Source: Hyphochytrium catenoides
Taxonomy: Eukaryota > Protista > Hyphochytriomycota
Direction: 5' to 3'
Assembly: GCA_900088475.1 (NCBI GenBank)
Contig: FLMG01003251.1
Span: 1-64,000, forward strand
Length of the DNA: 64,000 bases
Below, one piece after another: positions 12,706 through 24,266 of the stretch. How positions within the stretch are numbered: the stretch's first letter is position 1; the number at the start of each line of letters is the position of its first letter. The position numbers and the translations under genes are program-made. The notes below the pieces were generated by a model. It did no database searches. It was not told the origin of the DNA and saw only the letters and a program-made list of their open reading frames with translations.

Positions 12706-15064
12706 ATGGATAGCGACACCTTACCTCTGAAGATCAAGGCTATCAATATTCAAGCTCTGGATAGCGATGAACTGAAGGTGAGCACGCCCAGTTTTCTAGG
12801 CATGAGGTAGCACTGGGAATAAAGGAGACGCTGGGCGAGGGGTGGGAGAGAGAGGGAGAGAGAGACTATGGGAACTGAGTCCCGGGGAGGGGGCAAGTGG
12901 GCTTGTCGTGGCTAAGGTCACTCTTATCCTCACGAAGGGTTGCTCTATTTGAAGTCTATCATCAATCTGGTTGTGCCTGCTAACTTTCTTCTCCTGCTCT
13001 ATTCTCCTGGGTACTGGGGTCACTATGCTAACTTTATGGTATCGCTCCACGCGGCAGCGGAGTCCTGGTGCAGCAGGGGATGCAGCAGAGACAGAATCCA
13101 TCGGCGACTATGACATGCGTCTTTCAGAAGTACCGTCTGAACTGGAGTTCGATGATCTAGCTGGACTTAAACCTTCGTATGTTCTTTAGACTTTGGTCTT
13201 TCTTGAGGTCGCAGGCCGCTGACAGGCCCCTCTTCCTTCTCTCTCTCTTCTGCCTCTTTGCGCTGTCTCCTCCTCCCAGAACCCCAGCCCCCGCTTTGAC
13301 CGGCGAAGAGCTCGATAAAGCACTTCTCAAGCAGATTGAGTTCTACTTCAGCGACGTCAACCTTCCTACAGACAGATTTATGCTGAAGAAGCTGAATGCG
13401 GATGGACAAGGTCAGTCTGCCTGAGTGGAGCTGAGCCTCGCTCCCCTATTTTGGCATATGAGGGAACTTTGTGCTTGTTGCTCTTCTTTTTCCTCTACTC
13501 CTCCTTCTATCCCTTGTAAGAGCTTTGTCGCCTATCCATTGTGTTATTCGTTGCTACGCGAATTCCTCTTCCTGTCTCTTGCGCCCTCTGCGTACCGGCA
13601 TTCTTCCGGTGCTTTGTTGTCGGATGTCTCACTATCTCCCCTTCCGTTCCTTTCACATTTCTTCTCATTGGACGCAACTCCTCGCCTTCGTCTTACTGTT
13701 AAACAGTCAAGATCTCAGTCATTGCCGGCTTCAAGCGCGTGAAGAAGCTCTCCAGCGATGTTCAGGTCATTGCCAACGCGCTACGCAAGAGCTCCTTTCT
13801 CAAAGTAACCGACGACGGCGCCTACGTTGGACGTACGACGCCCATTCCAGAGGTGGATGAGGCTGACATTATCTCTCGCAGCGTAGTTGTGCAAAATCTG
13901 CCTCCTCATCCCTCTATTGACGGCTTAACGACTCAGTTCTCTCAATGTGGGAATGTGAGGCTAGTAAGAATCTTTCAGCCAGGAAAGAAGAGCAATTATG
14001 CCACGCAGGAGAGCAAGGAGATTGCACAAAGAGGTGTTTATGCCGTCATAGAGTATGACACGCAAGAAGCGGCTCAGAGAGCCGTGCAAGAGCTGACAGA
14101 CAATGACAACTGGCGCAATGGCCTTCGCGTGACACTAAAGAGCGCCATGAACGCGGATAAGGCCAAGCAGCAGCCACAGCAGGCACAGAAGAAGAAAGGA
14201 CAAAGAGGAAAGGACAGAGGAAACTCCGAAACAGACTTCTCAGTCACTCCGAGGAGCTCTGTCTCTTCGGTAAAGAGAGAAGGCGAGGAGGAAGAGGAGG
14301 GCTGGATGGACAGTCGGCTGAGACGAGGGGGGAAGGGCGTCCGCTCTTCAAGCTTTGACGTCCCTGACACGGAGCAGAGCCCGTCAGCAACTCGAAGAAG
14401 GATTAAAGCTGGAAGCGTGGATATGACGGCTGGAGCAGAAGAGAGGTCAAAGCTTCGCCTCCCTAGGAACGGTGAGGGAGAAGAAGGCGGTGACAGCTCC
14501 AGTAGACGGATGAAAGGCGTAGTGCATGCAAGCAACAAAGACTGCGGCTTCATTCGCCCAAAGCATGGGAAAATGAAAGGCACTATTTTCTTCGCCATGT
14601 CTGATGTGATGTCAGGAGAAACTCTTAGGGTTGGGGATGACGTAGAGTACGACGTGGACACATCCAAGGATACCGGAGAAAGGAAAGCGGTTCGGGTCAA
14701 GAAAGTAGCGAAGTCGGACGCGACACAGGCAGAAGAAGGCTCTAAAGCTCCTCCCCGGCTCCGTTTGCGGCTAAACTCAGGGAGCTCAGAGCCAGCCTCA
14801 TCACCTGCTTCCAGTCGTGTCTCTCGCTCTCCTAGGACTTCTCCCTCATCCATTCGGACGTCTCCAATCGGGAGCAGGCCCTCTCCTTCGTCTGCAAGGG
14901 GAGGAGACAAAGAAGGGCATTTCGACCGGTATAAGATGGCTAAGGGCCCAGATGGAACGAAGGGCTTCCCAAGCAACCGAGCCCGGCCACCGGCTGGTCG
15001 GCCGTCCAGTCCTGTTAGTCCTGGCACGCCAGTGATCAGCCTCACCGTCAGAACCCAGATCTAG
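12706..15064 (+). CDS. LARP6-like La-related RNA-binding protein: La motif, RRM, cold-shock domain and SUZ-C/LSA (exons 12706-12777, 13058-13176, 13280-13410, 13707-15064)
   Basis: La motif LLKQIEFYFSDVNLPTDRFM...ISVIAGFKRVKKL; RRM SRSVVVQNLP...YAVIEY; DNDNWRNGLRV; cold-shock domain MKGVV..NKDCGFI...IFFAMSDV..LRVGDDVEY; C-terminal RYKMAKGPDGTKGF. Exon phases join in frame. Confidence 0.85.
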
Positions 15065-16383
15065 CTCAGGCTCGCACCTACACTAGTGACCTTATAAATA
15101 GGTTGTCGTTGAGAGCCTGCGCGGCGGTCTCTCCCGTTGCTGCTAACCCTCTAGTATCTCTCTCTCTCTCTCTCTCTCTCTCTTTTGGCCTGCCTTCTTT
15201 ATGCAGCTATCTCACATTTTCTCTTTTAGCTCTCGACTTCATCGCTCCACAGCGTCATTCGGTCTTCATTTATGCTATATCTTTCCGTCTCCTCTCTCTC
15301 GTGGCCATTGCCGTGCCTTTCTGGGGCCCTTCGGGGATGGCTCTTACCGGGGCGGCTGCGCCCTCCCTCATGGTCGCTGTTACCAGTATGACTAATGCTA
15401 TTATTGACGCAATTTTTGAGGATAACGAGGTCTGTCCTCTCATGCAACCTCTCTTGGACTTTAGAGCGTTGAACAGAAGGCTGACACTAGCTAGAAAGCA
15501 CCGAGCATGTAGGCACAATAGGGACTTGTCCGCTGTAGGCAACCCGCAAAGCTAGAATCTAGATGAAGGAGGAAAGAAGAGTCACACGTCAATTGACTTC
15601 ATTTTCTGGTGCCTGATCTCTAGTTTTATGTCAGTCGTCTGAGCCTCGTGGCCTTGGAAGCAAAGCTCTGGGATGACTTGTCATCAGTTGGTGCTGTTGC
15701 ACGCTCATTTTCAAGGATTCTTCACGTCTTCCACTGGAGAGAATCTCCTTGGGACGCTGTTCCTTGGTCTGATCTAAGGCGACAGCGACTCCCAAGAGGC
15801 AGACCACCGTCAAAGTAGCCCTTTCAGAGCATCTTGACTAGGATGAACTCTTTAGCGTCTTGGAGTGCTTTGCCGTGAAGACTGTGTAGCTCTGTCTGAC
15901 CGCTTATGACGGACCTTCTTCCCTTTCGCAATTCCTCGATAACCCTAAGCCGCCCCTAACGCTCAACATGAGGAGTGGATGCTTGACTCAGCTCTGTCCC
16001 CGCCATACCGTCGAAGATGCCACTACCGGATCTCCAGCCGTTACCTTCAACAGCATACTTGCGATAGCGTCCTTCCGCATTCAGGACAGGCGACAAGCAA
16101 GGGGCATCTATCAAGCCATTGCCTATCTCCTACCGCAGGCGGATCAACTCCACACAGAGCCAGGCCAGCATAGGCCCTGCATCCAGCTGGAGACCTGTCA
16201 TCGCGATCAGAAGCAAACGCCGGAACAACTTCTAAAGTTGACATCAACTTCGGCTTATCTTCAGGTAACTCACAATGTTTTTTATGGCATAAGTTCGTCT
16301 GGCGGTTAATCCTCAAGGGGCAGAAGATTGATCTGGGTTGCCTCTCAGTCGGACTGGTGCCATCACCCAGGGAGCGCTCAAAG

Positions 16384-18872
16384 ATGCAGATGCCTGCCGC
16401 TCATCGGATTGCTTGCGCTCTAAGGCCAGCAGCTCAGCGCTCAGCCAGTCGGCGACCCTTAAACAGAGCGCTTCTCAACTCTCCGCGCATCTGTCTAGGG
16501 AACTACAGAGGCCCAGTCAGTGCTCCGCTTGGCAGGATGACGAGCACAAAGCCAGACCATATTACCATCCGGGCTGCGGATGACATGCATGTCCATCTCC
16601 GGGACGGCGAGGCTCTGTCAACATTGGTTCCACACATTGCCAGGCAGTTCCGCCGCTGTATCGTCATGCCCAATCTTAAGCCCCCAGTGGTGAGTACGGA
16701 GCAGGCCCTGGCATACAGAGATCGGATCATGCAGCATGTGCCTTCAGGAAGCTCCTTCCAGCCGCTGATGACGCTGTACCTCACTGACAGAACCAGGTGA
16801 CTGGAGAAAGGATGAAGAGCAGATCTGAACTGGCTTCTCTTCGCTGTACCTTCCTGGCTCTGGCTGTCCTTCTATCATCGCCAGTCATCTTCCTCTAATC
16901 CACCTACCTGCATTCGCTCTGCTTAAAGCGTCGTGATCCTTATAGACTGATCTATTTATTCTGTTCCCCAGCCCCGAGGAGATACGGAAGGCCCATGCCA
17001 CCGGGAAGATCTTCTCCGTCAAGTACTATCCAGGTAGGGTGCAGCAGGTGTCCGCAGGTCCACAGCTTTTATAGAGAAATCTCACAGTTTGGTGATGGAG
17101 GAAGAAGAATGCCTCTGTAGCCCGTTTAGAGCAGCCCGCTTGCCTTCCATTGCTCTTGCTTGGTACTTCTTTGCCTTCTCCTTCTTCTTCGGCTGATCCT
17201 ATCTATCATCTCATCTCTAGGCCGATCCTATCATCTCTTCTCTTTGTGTCTCTCTTCTCTCCATTTTCTCTATTGCTCTTGAAGGCATAGCAGCGGCTTC
17301 TTTCCTTAAAGTTGTCTCCATCCTCGGTTGCCTATCCCTTCTGCCTCTGAACAAGCTCCTCTTGTTCGTTGCTACCGTTTGTAGCTGGTGCCACCACGAA
17401 CTCAGACTCTGGCGTCACGGATCTGGAGAAAGTCGTCCCAGCGCTGGAAGCAATGGCAGAGGTTAGATTCCATAGCCTTGGGGTCTTTACAGCGTCCACC
17501 CATTTGCCTTTGTCCTATCAAGCTTCCTCTCTCTTCTTTCATACTCTTTCACTCCATTATCGCTCTTTATATGTGTTTGCTCACACTTCCCGACTGCTGG
17601 CGCTCTCTAACAGCTCTCCCTGTGCCCTTACTGTCCGGCGCCGATAGGTAGGGATGATCCTCAACATTCACGGGGAAGTGACAGACCAATCGGTCGACAT
17701 ATTTGATCGGGAGCGGGTCTTCATCGATCAGACCTTGAGACCTCTGGTACACAGAATCCCTAGGCTTAAGATCGTGATGGAACACATCACCACGAAGGAC
17801 GCCGTTCAGTTTGTGCTGGAATGTCCAGAGACTGTGGCCGCTACCATCACCTGCCACCACCTCCTATATAACCGCAATGGTACGAACTGGCAAGGAGAAA
17901 GAGAGGACGCCTACCTGAGTTCTTCTATCTTTGTTACTTATTGTTGCCCACATTCTTGCCTTGTGTCTGTCCATCACACTGCATCCTTGCCTTCTCACAT
18001 TTATCACCTCTGCTTATCTTTTGGCCTGCATGGGGCGACAGCCATATTCGCTGGCGGGCTTAATCCGCACAAGTACTGTCTGCCTGTTCTAAAGAGGGAA
18101 GAGCATCGGCAAGCTCTTCTCGGCGCTGTTCGCTCCGGCAGTAAGAAGTTCTTCCTGGGCACTGACAGCGCACCCCACGCGAAACACACTAAGGAGGCGT
18201 CTTGCGGTGAGATGACTGCGAGAGACGTAAAGCCATATCGCTAACAGTCAAGGGAGAGGGCAGACATAAGAAAGATAGAGTGACAGACAAATATCCTAGA
18301 GGTTTCCCTCTGTGATATGCTCATGGCTACTGTCTTGTTCCTCTTTACTCTTCGGTTTTGCATGCACATATTCACCCTTTGCAGACAGTCATGTGCTAAT
18401 GGGTTGACTCTACCACCTATATTACCTTCTTGTGCTCTTCAACTGCTCCTTCCTAGGTTGCGCTGGTATTTATACTGCACATGCCGCGCTAGAACTGTAT
18501 GCGGAGGCTTTTGACTCCGTGGACAGTCTGCACTTATTAGAGGTATCTGAAACGCGTCTCCCTCTTCCTCACTCCAGCCCACATTCTCGCCCTTGTCTGT
18601 TCAGCTGGCGATGAACCTCGGTAGTACCTTTCGTAGTGCCAACTGTCTTTTGCGGCCTATCATGACGTTTGAGTTACGTTTTCTACATCTTCTCCGCGTG
18701 ACAGGCATTCGCCTCTGAGAACGCAGCGGACTTTTATGGCTTGCCTCGCAACAGCGGGACCGTCACCTTGAAGCGTGAGAGTTGGACTGTCCCGGCAGAG
18801 TACTCTTACCTCGGACAGGCACTCGTACCACTCAGAGCCGGTGAGCCTGTGCACTGGAAACTGCAGGTTTGA
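16384..18872 (+). CDS. pyrC: Monofunctional dihydroorotase (E. coli PyrC / yeast URA4 type) with N-terminal extension, 7 exons
   Basis: [83 protein letters not shown]. Confidence 0.95.
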
Positions 18873-19171
18873 ATTGGAGGAAGTCGCAGCGGTAACTTCA
18901 AACAGGGTACTCTAACACTTGAGTCTACACTAAGGTGTGAGACTCTCATCTGTAAGAGATAACGTAAGCAATTAATAGAGTGGAGCCAGCCCAAAGAAGT
19001 GCAAGGCTTGCATGGTGAAGGGTTACGTACTTTGAACCAGCAGACTGTTAGGCTTAGATCTGGATGGCCACAGTCCCAGCGGAGTGTAGAAGCAATCGAC
19101 CGACAATAAAAAGCCATTGTCATCCCAGCTGTATCAAGGACCGTGCCCATCTGCTTGCCGTCGATGTTCAA

Positions 19172-19465
19172 GAACGAAGCTCTTGACGGACGCTTTTCCT
19201 CAACTAGAGTGCTCCTGCTGGCCACCAGGCCACACCACTGTTTGACTAGTGGGTCGGAAGGGTGAGTTTGGATTTCCTTAGCACTTGAGGGACGCTTTTC
19301 CTTCATGAGTAGTGCTGCTGCTGCCCACCAGGCCACGCCTCTCACTGCTCGACTAGTGGGGCGGAACGAAGCTCTTACGGACGCTTTTCCTCAGGCGTAG
19401 TGCTCCTGCTGGCCACCAGGCTACGCCTCCCACTATTGGACTAGTGAGGCGGAAGGCTAAGGAAA
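19172..19465. repeat. Three diverged copies of a ~75-90 bp unit with internal hairpins
   Basis: Shared ggacgcttttcct...agtgct(c/g)ctgct...ccaccaggc(c/t)ac...cact...gactagtg..ggaa at about 19172, 19290 and 19364. Confidence 0.85.
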
Positions 19466-19862
19466 AAAATGGTTCTGTGGCTCTCTCTCGTCTAATTTGG
19501 AGCCTTACATGGGCTGCACGTGTGGGACTCGTTATATGTGGAGTGACACAACGTCGAACTGCTTTTGTTCGCCATACGCCTGAAGCGAGTGCTGGCAGGG
19601 CTCTCTTTCAGACTTTACCGCTTCGGCCGTCCATCAGCAGGACATTGCCCTCTGTTATTCATTTATAAGTGGGAGAGATGGTAATAACAGCGGAAATATG
19701 GCAAAGAAGAGGAGAACGGAGAGCAATTGAGAAAAAGAAAGACGGAGAAGAGAGAGGAGAAAAGAAAGAAAAGACGCAGAAATTGACCTCATCACATATA
19801 GAGCTCCTAGGTCACTTGACCCACTTCAGAATTCTATTATTCTTTAGCTCAGTAGCCAAGAT

Positions 19863-21682
19863 CTAAGAGAGCAAGGCACGAATGTCCGCCAAAAGAGCTG
19901 AAGACCACTGTGGATGCTGCAATAGCTCGGCCACCATTCTGTCCAATAGTTTCCGCTGATGACTGAGCGATGCGCTGTGCGAGGAGAGAGCGATGACTAG
20001 GAATATCATGCGCAAGACTAGATAGAGACAGAACAAAACGTAGAAAGCCTTAGCCCAGGAGAGGAGTGAGTTAGACAGCGGAGAAGGTGCCGCTGTCTCA
20101 ATCTTGGGTTCTAGTCGCGGAAGGATATCCAGTGACACTCCTGTTGAAGGCAAGGGAGACTCTAGGCCTTGGGTTGGAGGACGTGACGGGATAGCTCCTT
20201 CGTCAACAGGAGCGCAAGAGGAAAGAGCCTGCTTTGGAGAAAGAGCAGCAAGAACTTGCTTGTGCAGGAGCTCATAGGCCTCTCTCATCTCTGAATGGGT
20301 GTTGGAGACAATCTGGGTGAGGGACAGACACTACTTAGACTCTTCATCAGGTNNNNNNNNNNNNNNNNNNNNNNNGCATCAAGCACTGCACTCCGTACCT
20401 GTCCTTTGAGCCAGGTGCTCTTATCAAACACGACCTCTAATCCTATCTGGACCCGACAGCGACTGCCATCTCCTGTGAGTGAGAGCCAGAGAGAGACGGA
20501 GAGGATAGAGACACCAAGTCACTTGCTTTTCTCTTCTTGTGTCTTCCCGAACTTTCTTCTGACTTTTTCAGAGGCCCTTGTTGTCCTCTCGTTTCTTCTC
20601 TCTCTCAAATCAGTCTTCTTCCTTCCCATTCTCTCTCCCTATTCCTTTATCTTCTTCTTCACTCTTCTTATCACCTCTCTGTCTGCGTGTCTCTCTCTCT
20701 CTCCCCAAGTCTCTCTCTCTCTGTCTGCTCTGATCGGATACACTGCCGTATTCACCAGTACCTGGCAAAGAGGAGAAAACCCATCGACTCTCAAGGTGGA
20801 AGCAGTCACTCAGCGGTATGCCGCTCATCCTCGTGGTTTCTAAGATGACTATCCTTTGCACAGAAGGAGAGAGACACATTGTAGAGCCATCTGCCCTATC
20901 TTCTTTGCCTGCTGAGAGCGGGAGAAGGGCATAGCGATAGACTTTGGATGCGGAAGCATACTTTGGCAGACCAGGATAGCGGGCCTTAGGCGGGTGCTTG
21001 GTTGAGACTGCTCGAACGTGAGAGAACGTCTCTTCTCCGTGCTGGAAGCTCCCTGCTTCCCAAGGCCCAACAGAGATATCTATGTCTCCTAAGCTGGCTA
21101 GATAGTCGGCCATGAAGTGGCTTTCCGCGGAGAGAAAAAGACGGAAGAGAGAAGCGAGGTCCGCGCCTGATAGCTCTACGTCCAGCATCTTCTCTAGCTT
21201 CAGCACCTTCTCGTCAGGAGGGAGAGGAGGGAGAAGTGAACTGGGAGGAGGTAATCTTTCTTTCTCTCCTGAACCGGTCGATGGTACTGCTGGAGAGAGA
21301 GGAGAATCTTTCGCCGCCTGAGGCTTAGGCTCTGGCCCACCCAGGGATGACGCCGAGGAGGAAGAAGGACTAAGAGATGTGGCGCCGACAGCAGAGGTGC
21401 CAGCGCTTTCCGAAGCCTTCCCATCCGGTAGTGAAGGCGTAACAGAAGGCAGGGTTTTGGTGGGAGCGGAAGCGAGAGAGGGAGAGAGAGAGTTCTTCTC
21501 TTGACGCGGGTTACTCTCTTGGCTCTTGCCGGCCTCAGATGAGCTAAAGGGAGAGACCGGGGCGCTCTCTGTGTAAACGAAAGAGAGTTACGGAGTACTG
21601 GCGTGAGAAGCGATGCCAGTCAATCAGCCAACGAGGCGGGATGAAGAGAAGCATAGCAGGAGAGAGCTGCTTACAGATAGAC

Positions 21683-21713
<31 letters not shown>

Positions 21714-22392
21714 AGCTGATGACAGTCCAGGAACAAGGGAAGCAATCGCTTCAGCGCTAAAGGGAAGGGAACATTTTGAAGCCCTGCTAGGTCAAAAAGC
21801 GAGAGGCTGCCAGAAAGCTATAATAGAGTTCAGTGGGAGACCTCAGCTTAAAGAGAGAGAGGAGCCAATCAACGTTACCCAGTGTGTGTCTCTCTCTCCT
21901 CTCACTTGTCTCTCTCATCTCCTCCTTGGGTCACCCCTCTCTGTCCTCAACCCCTCCGTTGGTTGCCTCCTCACCTCTAGTTTCTGTCGCAGATAGACCT
22001 TTCCCTGCCATGGCCTTTGCCTCCTTCATCGCGTCAGGAAGAGAGAGTCTTTTCATTCCTTCCGGGATCTTTAGATTGATTCTTCCCTCTGCGATGTCTT
22101 TGAGCCCGTCCTGAAGAGAGAGCTTCACGTCTTTGATCCCTTCAGGCATCTTCATGTCTCGAATCCCCTCAGGCAGAGACTTTGTGATGTCCTTGATCCC
22201 GTCCTTCGCGCTCTCCACTGTGAAGAGGAAGAGAATGTGAGGAGAAGTGTAGAATTGATGCGTGAGGAGGGAGAGCAAAAAAAAGAGAAAGAGGGCTAGT
22301 GTGAGAGACACATCAGCAGAGAGAGAGGGAGAAAGGGAGTTGTTGGTGTAGAGAGATATACGAGAGAAAGCATAAAATGAGGGGGAGAGAGA

Positions 22393-22437
<45 letters not shown>

Positions 22438-22575
22438 AAGAGAGAGAGAGAGAGAATAAAGAGAGAGGACCAGGGTGGAAACCTACAATATGAGGGCGGA
22501 ACGGACTGAACAAGAGGGAACTGAAGAAGAGAGAAGTCAACAAAACTTACGCACTCCGGGCAGGCTACCCAGCAT
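19863..22575 (-). CDS. VASt (StART-like, LAM/Aster/VAD1 family) lipid-transfer protein with C-terminal TM helix
   Basis: LFRLFLSAESHFMADYL..LGDIDISVGPW...RAVSTKHP...ILETTRMSGIPLSDCFHLESRW...IGLEVVFDKSTWLKGQV, followed by TM AFYVLFCLYLVLRMIFLVIAL. Start codon inferred. Confidence 0.75.
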
Positions 22576-23240
22576 CTGTCTCTGCCTAGGAAGAGAGAGA
22601 GAGTACTAGTATAGCGCACTCTCCCACTGGCGAGACCAGTAGCTGTTGATGTCAACAGGGCTTCCTTTCCCAACGTTCCCTCTTCTCAATGCTCCCTCCT
22701 TTGTGCCTGTAGTTTGGCGGTCAGTGGCGCACGTAGATAAAGGTCTCACACATCAGAGAGAGAGAGAGAGAGAGAATCGCTGCGGAAGACGGTTTTTTTA
22801 TCTCTGTCGAGCGCTGTCTATCCTCTTATCTTTCTAATGTCAGAGCATTTCTCACTCATCAAATCCTCTGTTCCCTAGTTCTGATAGGAATGAGAGGATC
22901 TCCTAGTCTTCTTCTCGACTGTTCTCCCAGATACTTACAACACATCAGCACTTGACCTCTCTCTCTCTCTCCTTCGCTCTCGCTCTCGCTCTCTTCTCGC
23001 TCTCACTTCCCCCTCTCTCTTTCTCTCTCTTCTGTCTCTCTCCCTCTCTCTCTCTCCTGTGATCATCTGACTCGGTCCAGACACCGTCTCTGGCCATCTT
23101 TCAGACCCTCTGTCTCCTCCACTTCCACCCCACGAAGGGAAGAAGCTCTTTGTGCAGACCCCTCGTTCTATCTTTCTCTTACATGCCGGTGAATTTTATG
23201 CTTCTCCTGCTTCCTTCTACATCACAAGCCTCTCTCTCCT

Positions 23241-23274
<34 letters not shown>

Positions 23275-23291
23275 CGCTCGCTCGCTCGCTC

Positions 23292-23350
<59 letters not shown>

Positions 23351-23654
23351 GACTCACTCTCCTGCTAGTTTCCATCAGGACGTGGGCCAGTGCTCACTAA
23401 CCTTTTTCTCCTCTGAGTGATGGTCTGTAACTCCCAACCTCTCTCTCTCTCTCTTCCCCCTGTAGTGCCGATAACTTCATTTCATCCCAATATACTGAAT
23501 CTTTCAGTGAGAGATATTACCTTAGGATCTCCGTTTTGAAGCTTTCGTATCTTACCGCTTTGTAGCTTTCGGACAGGATGCTACTGTAGATTGTAGGAGA
23601 CGAACAGTCATTCCACTCCTTCCCTCTTCAAACGGGAAAGCTGTTTATTGGATC

Positions 23655-23685
<31 letters not shown>

Positions 23686-24026
23686 NNNNNNNNNNNNNNN
23701 NNNNNNNTCTCTCTCTCTCTCGCTTTCTCTCTCTCTCTTTTCTTGGAATCCTTGTACTGTACCCGTCCCTGTCAGCGGTGGCGCGCCGTTGACTCCTCAG
23801 CTCTCCTGGGTCCCTCCTCTCCCTTGATCATGGCCTTCAACCTCCTTCACCTCCCCGTCTGCAGTAGACATACAACCTCATCTCGTCGCTGACTCAAGGA
23901 TCTTTCTCTTGGTCACTTTCTCGCTGTTTCTCTCTGTCGGTCAGTCGGTCTCTCTCTCTCTTGCTCTCTCTCTTTCTCTCGCTCTCTCTCTCTCTTTCTC
24001 GCTCTCTCGCTCTCTCGCTCTCTCGC

Positions 24027-24059
<33 letters not shown>

Positions 24060-24060
24060 T
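22380..24060. repeat. Cluster of (GA)n/(CT)n microsatellites in an intron and a divergent intergenic region
   Basis: Tracts at about 22390-22465, 22955-23055, 23240-23345, 23657-23740 and 23948-24058. Confidence 0.9.
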
Positions 24061-24266
24061 TTTTTTCTGGCAGCCACCATAGGATGTTAGCCACTGATGC
24101 GGATGAAGATGGCTAGTTGGCACGCCTGTGACATCTCTCCTCCTCTTAACGGTCCCTCTCCGTCCTCTGATCGCTCTTGTCGCTTCACTCGCTGGGTCTG
24201 TCTCCTTCTCTGTCAGGATCATAAGTAGCTCCATGGGCCGCTGAGAGAAGAGCCCGTAAGAGAGAC

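Noticed and set aside
14074-15045. 323 aa antisense ORF
   Set aside because: It is a shadow of the Ser/Arg/Pro-rich LARP6-like exon and has no motifs.
16047-16316. Minus-strand ORF with CPECG (possible zinc finger)
   Set aside because: I could not find a downstream exon completing the finger, so it is left unannotated.
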